NCBI GenBank assembly: GCA_964342815.1
Contig: CAYFHS010000035.1
Coordinates: 5,077 to 46,548, forward strand
Direction of reading: 5' to 3'
Length of the DNA stretch: 41,472 nt
Source: an uncultured archaeon
GTDB taxonomy: Archaea > Thermoplasmatota > Penumbrarchaeia > JASLWR01
This document shows, piece by piece, positions 36,675 to 41,472 of this stretch (position 1 is its first letter; each line of letters begins with the position of its first letter). The position numbers were made by a program, and so were the translations under genes. The notes beneath the pieces are model-generated. The model had not been told where the DNA came from and ran no database searches. It worked only from the letters and a program-made list of their open reading frames with translations.

Positions 36675-39600
36675 TGGTGAATTCTGACGGCCTTTCTCTT
36701 GAGGAAGAACTTGCTAAGCTTCTGGAAGAAGAGAAGAAAGTTGATGAACAGATCACCCAGATCTCTCAGAAGGAAGAAGAGAAAACGTATGAGCTGGAAC
36801 AGCTTGATAAGGATATTATAATAGCCCAAAAACTTCTGGACGAAGCCGTAGATGTTGGAATTGAAGAGGAACGCGTAGTTGAAATTTCAAAGGAAAAGAA
36901 GCTTGAGGAGGAGCGACTGGCCGAGGAAGCACGGATTGCAGAGGAGAGAAAGCTTGAAGAGGAACGATTGGCCGATACTGCGCTTGCGGCCAAGGAGAAA
37001 AAGCTCGCTCTGGATAAACTGAGCAAGGAGAGGAAGCTTGAGGAAGAACGCCTGGCAGAGGAGAAAAGGCTTGGGGAAGAGCGCCTGGCGGAGGAAAAGA
37101 AATTTGAGGAAGAACGATTGGCCGAAGAAGCTCGTGCGGCTGAGGAAAAGAAGCGTGAAGAGGAACGATTGGCCGAAGAAGCTCGCGCAGCTGAGGAAAA
37201 GAAGCGTGAAGAGGAACGATTGGCCGAAGAAGCTCGTACAGCTGAGGAAAAGAAGCTTGAGGAAGAACGATTGGCCGAAGAAGCTCGTGCGGCTGAGGAA
37301 AAGAAGCTTGAGGAAGAACGATTGGCCGAAGAAGCTCGTGCAGCAGAAGCCAAAAGACTCGAAGAAGAGAAATCTGCAAAGATCGCAGCCGAGGAAACGG
37401 AAGCGGCAGAAACTCTTGAGGCCATCAGAACACTTGTAAAAGAGAACGAGATTATGAAACTCGACATTTTCCAGCCCGAGGCGCTCTTACTGAAAGCTAG
37501 ATTGGCCCTTGATAATAAGAAATTCGATGAGGTGAGGGAATATTGTGCTGAGGCAAAGGAACTGACTCTCGCCCAGAGAAAGGCCGTTGAGGGCAAAGAT
37601 GCGGAGGAATTCGAAGCGGAGTTTGGAGAAATTCGCGATTTAATGATGATGGCGGAATATGGTGGTCTCAATGTAGAGAAAGAACAAGCAGAATTCGATG
37701 TTATACTGGATTTGAAGAAAGAGGAAAAATATATTGAGGCCCTCCAAAAAACGTTACAACTCAAAGCCCCTCTTGATCGAAGGCTATACGATGAGCTTCA
37801 TGTGGTCAAGATCGAGAATATCGACCGGGCATTGACCGAATTGGAGGAATTCATCAAAGAAACTGGGATCGAATTCGCTGATCTAAATACTTTCCTGGTA
37901 GCGGCAACGGAAGCCCTAAAGGAAAAAGATTACAAAAAATTGGATGCATCACTGGAGCAGTTCCGCATTTCCAAAGAAAAGCACATCGAGAGGATGACCG
38001 CCGAGAAATATGACCAGATCATAAGTGAGATTGAAGATGATGCCGCTAAATTGGAAGCGGTAGGGCTGGAGGTCGAGTTTGTGGGTGACCTCGTCGGCAT
38101 AGCGAAAGAAAGCCTTTCCCTGTCCCAAACAGAAGCCGGGGAGGGTTATCTGGACAAGGCCCGATCTCTCCTTGAAAAGCTAAAAGGTACGGAATTGAAA
38201 GAGCTTGCAAAGGAGCATTTTTCCGAGGCCAAGAAGGTATTCTCGCTAATAAAGAAAGCAGGTATAAAGGCGGATGATGGAAAGCAAAAACTGAAAGAGA
38301 CCATCGCTGTCTTCAGAAAGAAGGACTATCTCGGGGCGGCTATTCTCTCACGTGAGGTAACCGAAGAGTTGACGAAACTCCACGATGCATTCAAAGCCCG
38401 GGAAGAGGAACAGAAGGAGATCGAATCGATCAATACTATGAAGGATGACTTGAAAAAATTGATCGAGGCTGCGGCGGCGAGAGGGCTGGATACTGGTCAT
38501 ATTGAAGAAAGGGTCGAGCTTTCCGGATTTAGGGTGGATGAAAAGAAATACAACGACGCAAAAGATATGCTCAATAAAGCCAAGGACGAACTACAGCAGA
38601 TGGTGGAAAGCGATGAGAAGGGTTCAATATTCAAAGCGAAGTTCGAAGAGCTTCCTGTATTACTGGATGAGCTGAAGAATAACGATCTTGACGTAACGGA
38701 GGAACTAAGTGAGATTGATGAAATTGCCGAAATGGAAAGGAAAACACGATACGTTGAGGGATTGGAGAGGATCGAAGAGCTAAGCTCGTCCCTTCTGAAC
38801 CGTATAAAAGAGGACCTCTACGAGCCTAGAGACAAGAGTATGAAGGAAGCTATCAAGCTGTTAAAAATTCACAAGGAAGAGGTAGGCGAGGGTTTCGAAG
38901 AGCTGCAGGGATTGCTGGTCAAGGCAAGAGAAGCTCTCGAGGAGAAGAGATATCGAGAAGCTGATGACCTTTTGGACAGTTTTGCTGAAAAGAAGCGGAC
39001 CCTGCGGGAAGATTTCGAACTGAAAGAATATGGGAGGAGGATCGAGCACCTCAGTTCGGAAATCTCTCTTATAAGTGAGCTTGAAATAGACGTGAGCGCA
39101 TGCGAAGACTTGGTGATGCTGGCGAAGAAAACGCTGGACCGAGGGGAAATTTCGGACCACCTGGAAAAGATGGTTGCCAATGCCGAGAAACTTTTCAAGG
39201 ACATACAGACGAAGGAACTATTCAACAAGGCCCGGGAATACGTTTACAAAGTGAAGACACAGATCGACGACCTTAAGAAGGAGGGTGGGGAAGTATCAAA
39301 CGAGGTAAAGATGCTTAAAAAAGCAATGGCTTCCATGGTGAAAAAAGATTATATCGGTACTTGCAAGATAGGTCAATCCATAAAGAATAACCTTGCCAAA
39401 ATGGAAGAGGAACTGAGCACGAAAAAATTAACTGCAGAACAGGAGGAGAAAAAAGCTAAGGTACTGGAGATCCTGGAAGCTGCGGAAGATATAATGGCTG
39501 AGGCAAGAGGGATGGGAGTGGAGGTAGGCCTCAACGCTGATAGACTCGAGATCGCAAGATCTCGATTCGATGAGGGGAAATTCGAGGATGCGTCAGAACT

Positions 39601-40795
39601 GGCCCTTACTGCAAGGAAGGATATCGAGGAAACTATCGAGAAGAAAAAGGCTGAGCGTGTTGATCGGGACAAAAAGGTGAAAGAACCAGAAACGAAACTT
39701 TCCTCGGTTGATGAAATTGAAGAACTTTTACCAGTTACGGATGGACTAGTAGAGAGAAAATGTCCCAGATGCAGGAGAACCGTACGGGGTTACGGGAAGA
39801 GATGTGTTCACTGCGGGGCCCTCATGGAGAAATCGAAGAAAAAGGAAATACGCTTTTGTGAGATATGCAATGGCGGTCTTGTACCGGAGGAAGATATCTT
39901 CGTGTGCCTGGACTGCGGCGCGGAATACGATTCTAGCGGAACCATTATAGTACCGGACGAAGCCCCAGACATTTCGGACTTGCTGGAGCAGGAAAGGGCT
40001 GCAGCTGCTGCCGAGGAGGAGCGTGAGAGGGAACAGCAAAAAAAGCTGGAGGAGGAAGAGAAATGGAAACGGATGGAAGAGGAGGAGAAAAAACGTTTGG
40101 AGGAAGAGTCCAAAGAAATGAGTGACAGTCTTTGCGAACTCTGCGGTGTTGAGCTTGAAGTCGAAGGCGATCTGCTTGTCTGTCCCCTATGCGGTGTGGA
40201 ATACACTCCGGAAGGAGAGGTAAGCGTATCGAAGGGTGAGAAAGGAGAGAACGAATGCGAGCTTTGCGGTGGGGCACTGGAGCCGAAAGGGAAGGGTTTG
40301 GTATGCACGATCTGTGAGGCGGAATACGATGCCAAAGGGAACTTCACTACACTTGCCGATGAGGAAGCCTACGGCGAGGCGATCGATAAGATGATCTCTA
40401 CCTTGGAAGATGAACCTGTTAAGAAGAAAGCACCAGCAAAGGGAAAACCCAAAATGGTCAAAAAGGCTGTGAAAAAAGTTTCAGATTCAAAGAAAGCTAA
40501 ACCCCCGAAAAAGGCCCCGGCTAAGATAACGCCACCGAAGAAGAAAGTCCCGGCAAAGATAACACCAAAAAAGAAAGCAGTGGCCAAAAAAGCCCCCGCA
40601 AAGAAACCAGCCGGAAAAAAACTCGTACCAGCGAAAAAACGACCTGCAAAGAAGGTGGCGGCCAAAAAGACTGGTAAAGGTCCTTCATGGGAACAGTTAA
40701 AGGCAGCAAAGGCGAAAAAGAAGAAAGGCAAGGGCAAAAAGAAAAAGCTGGAATATGACAAACCCCAGGTTTTTTCGTTCTTGAAGAAAAAATAA
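36674..40795 (+). CDS. Large (1373 aa) protein: N-terminal coiled coil, E/R/K single-alpha-helix repeats, helical units shared with the upstream giant protein, four Zn-ribbons, Lys/Ala/Pro-rich histone-H1-like tail
   Basis: Start overlaps the upstream stop (TAATG). EEERLAEEARAAEEKK repeats; CPRC..CVHC, CEIC..CLDC, CELC..CPLC, CELC..CTIC; KKAPAKKPAGKK tail. Confidence 0.9.
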   Translation: MVNSDGLSLEEELAKLLEEEKKVDEQITQISQKEEEKTYELEQLDKDIIIAQKLLDEAVDVGIEEERVVEISKEKKLEEERLAEEARIAEERKLEEERLADTALAAKEKKLALDKLSKERKLEEERLAEEKRLGEERLAEEKKFEEERLAEEARAAEEKKREEERLAEEARAAEEKKREEERLAEEARTAEEKKLEEERLAEEARAAEEKKLEEERLAEEARAAEAKRLEEEKSAKIAAEETEAAETLEAIRTLVKENEIMKLDIFQPEALLLKARLALDNKKFDEVREYCAEAKELTLAQRKAVEGKDAEEFEAEFGEIRDLMMMAEYGGLNVEKEQAEFDVILDLKKEEKYIEALQKTLQLKAPLDRRLYDELHVVKIENIDRALTELEEFIKETGIEFADLNTFLVAATEALKEKDYKKLDASLEQFRISKEKHIERMTAEKYDQIISEIEDDAAKLEAVGLEVEFVGDLVGIAKESLSLSQTEAGEGYLDKARSLLEKLKGTELKELAKEHFSEAKKVFSLIKKAGIKADDGKQKLKETIAVFRKKDYLGAAILSREVTEELTKLHDAFKAREEEQKEIESINTMKDDLKKLIEAAAARGLDTGHIEERVELSGFRVDEKKYNDAKDMLNKAKDELQQMVESDEKGSIFKAKFEELPVLLDELKNNDLDVTEELSEIDEIAEMERKTRYVEGLERIEELSSSLLNRIKEDLYEPRDKSMKEAIKLLKIHKEEVGEGFEELQGLLVKAREALEEKRYREADDLLDSFAEKKRTLREDFELKEYGRRIEHLSSEISLISELEIDVSACEDLVMLAKKTLDRGEISDHLEKMVANAEKLFKDIQTKELFNKAREYVYKVKTQIDDLKKEGGEVSNEVKMLKKAMASMVKKDYIGTCKIGQSIKNNLAKMEEELSTKKLTAEQEEKKAKVLEILEAAEDIMAEARGMGVEVGLNADRLEIARSRFDEGKFEDASELALTARKDIEETIEKKKAERVDRDKKVKEPETKLSSVDEIEELLPVTDGLVERKCPRCRRTVRGYGKRCVHCGALMEKSKKKEIRFCEICNGGLVPEEDIFVCLDCGAEYDSSGTIIVPDEAPDISDLLEQERAAAAAEEEREREQQKKLEEEEKWKRMEEEEKKRLEEESKEMSDSLCELCGVELEVEGDLLVCPLCGVEYTPEGEVSVSKGEKGENECELCGGALEPKGKGLVCTICEAEYDAKGNFTTLADEEAYGEAIDKMISTLEDEPVKKKAPAKGKPKMVKKAVKKVSDSKKAKPPKKAPAKITPPKKKVPAKITPKKKAVAKKAPAKKPAGKKLVPAKKRPAKKVAAKKTGKGPSWEQLKAAKAKKKKGKGKKKKLEYDKPQVFSFLKKK
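37106..37360 (+). repeat. Five in-frame 51-bp (17-aa) tandem repeats, with degenerate copies back to ~36905
   Basis: Units start at 37106, 37157, 37208, 37259 and 37310: GA(G/A)GA(A/G)GAACGATTGGCCGAAGAAGCTCG... Confidence 0.95.
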
Positions 40796-40851
40796 TTTTT
40801 TAAGTTGATCCATATGACAGGAGGGTTATTATTACCTTCAGGTTACATGAA

Positions 40852-41472
40852 ATGGTATGTATTTTCACGGCTTTGATCCTTCTACCCGGAGGTCTCGCGG
40901 GATTCTTCCTCATTAAAACCGATTTATATGCTACTGAATCAAATAATGTCAATCTGAGGGATGTGCAGGGTGCAAGGACCGGGGACGGGCTCATCGCCCA
41001 GTGGAACATGGATGAAGGAAAGGGGGCTCATGTGGGCGATACCAGCGGGAATGGATGTGATGGCATCTTGGATGTTGGGGGAAGTGATGATCCCAACTCA
41101 AAATGGGTAAATGGAATTAGGGGGAAGGCATTGGATTTTGACGGAACTAATGATAGTGTCAATTGTGGAGAATTCGATCCTCCTCCTCAAGGTACGATTT
41201 TATTCTGGATGAACGCACGAAGAGTTACATGGGACAAGGATAGGATAATCGGAGGGGACGATGCTTATGAGATCAAGGCATTGAAATCAGGAACAGGTTA
41301 TATTATTACGAATGATCTTTGGATATGGGGTAGAGGGGTACAGATGAGTAAACGTGTCCTAAACTATAACGAATGGTATCATATAGCTTGCACCTACGAT
41401 ACAAGCAAGTTAAAAGAGATCTATATCAATGGTGTATTGGACATTTCGGAGATCCGATCACATTATGATCCG
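40852..41472 (+). CDS. LamG/concanavalin-A-like domain secreted or membrane-anchored protein, 3'-truncated; absent from the ORF track
   Basis: Stop-free frame from ATG 40852 to the window end. N-terminal hydrophobic segment, then GLIAQWNMDEGKG..VGDTSGNG..G...GIRGKALDFDG...TILFWM...WYHIACTYD....IYINGVL. The exact start is uncertain. Confidence 0.85.
   Translation, partial: MVCIFTALILLPGGLAGFFLIKTDLYATESNNVNLRDVQGARTGDGLIAQWNMDEGKGAHVGDTSGNGCDGILDVGGSDDPNSKWVNGIRGKALDFDGTNDSVNCGEFDPPPQGTILFWMNARRVTWDKDRIIGGDDAYEIKALKSGTGYIITNDLWIWGRGVQMSKRVLNYNEWYHIACTYDTSKLKEIYINGVLDISEIRSHYDP

Noticed and set aside
37106-37360. Regular short repeats as a possible CRISPR array
   Set aside because: Head-to-tail 51-bp units with no unique spacers, in frame within a CDS, and no cas genes in the window.
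36766-37764. 332-aa Ser-rich antisense ORF, and similar antisense or alternate-frame ORFs at 2153..2998, 3906..4463, 3932..4441, 9265..9912, 33113..33859, 39808..40347 and 40369..40761
   Set aside because: Shadow ORFs produced by biased codon usage of the real genes; no recognisable motifs.
40800-41009. 69-aa minus-strand ORF after the giant genes
   Set aside because: It is antisense to the clearly recognisable LamG-domain gene starting at ~40852.

Overview
Archaeal chromosomal window. Evidence: archaeosine tRNA-guanine transglycosylase, A/V-type ATP synthase genes, an HVO_0476-family/pcm pair, and TATA/BRE promoters. A Thermoplasmatota-like origin is an inference only. In order: (1) the 3' part of a large repeat-built surface protein; (2) a UbiA prenyltransferase, tgtA and a DUF2085-like gene; (3) an A-ATPase operon H-I-K-E-C-F that ends at a terminator-like hairpin with no A, B or D gene in the window; (4) a RelE-type toxin-antitoxin pair; (5) a winged-helix regulator and a frameshifted membrane-protein gene; (6) pcm and HVO_0476-like genes and a HEAT/Ig/Zn-ribbon protein; (7) three GT4 glycosyltransferases, one SPS/MfpsA-like; (8) a double-RHH regulator, suhB and a PHP phosphoesterase; (9) two translationally coupled giant helical-repeat proteins (3835 and 1373 aa); (10) a 3'-truncated LamG-domain gene missed by the ORF track. 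Strongest leads: the rotor subunit K carries a signal peptide and an exported, sequon-rich TSP3-like Ca-binding domain ahead of a one-site Na+-type double hairpin, in an operon with no catalytic head; the giant protein pair has a 333-aa super-period; and two ~250-nt intergenic multi-hairpin elements share collinear motifs. No rRNA, tRNA, CRISPR array or transposase was recognised. All family assignments are by eye from motifs, not from database searches.
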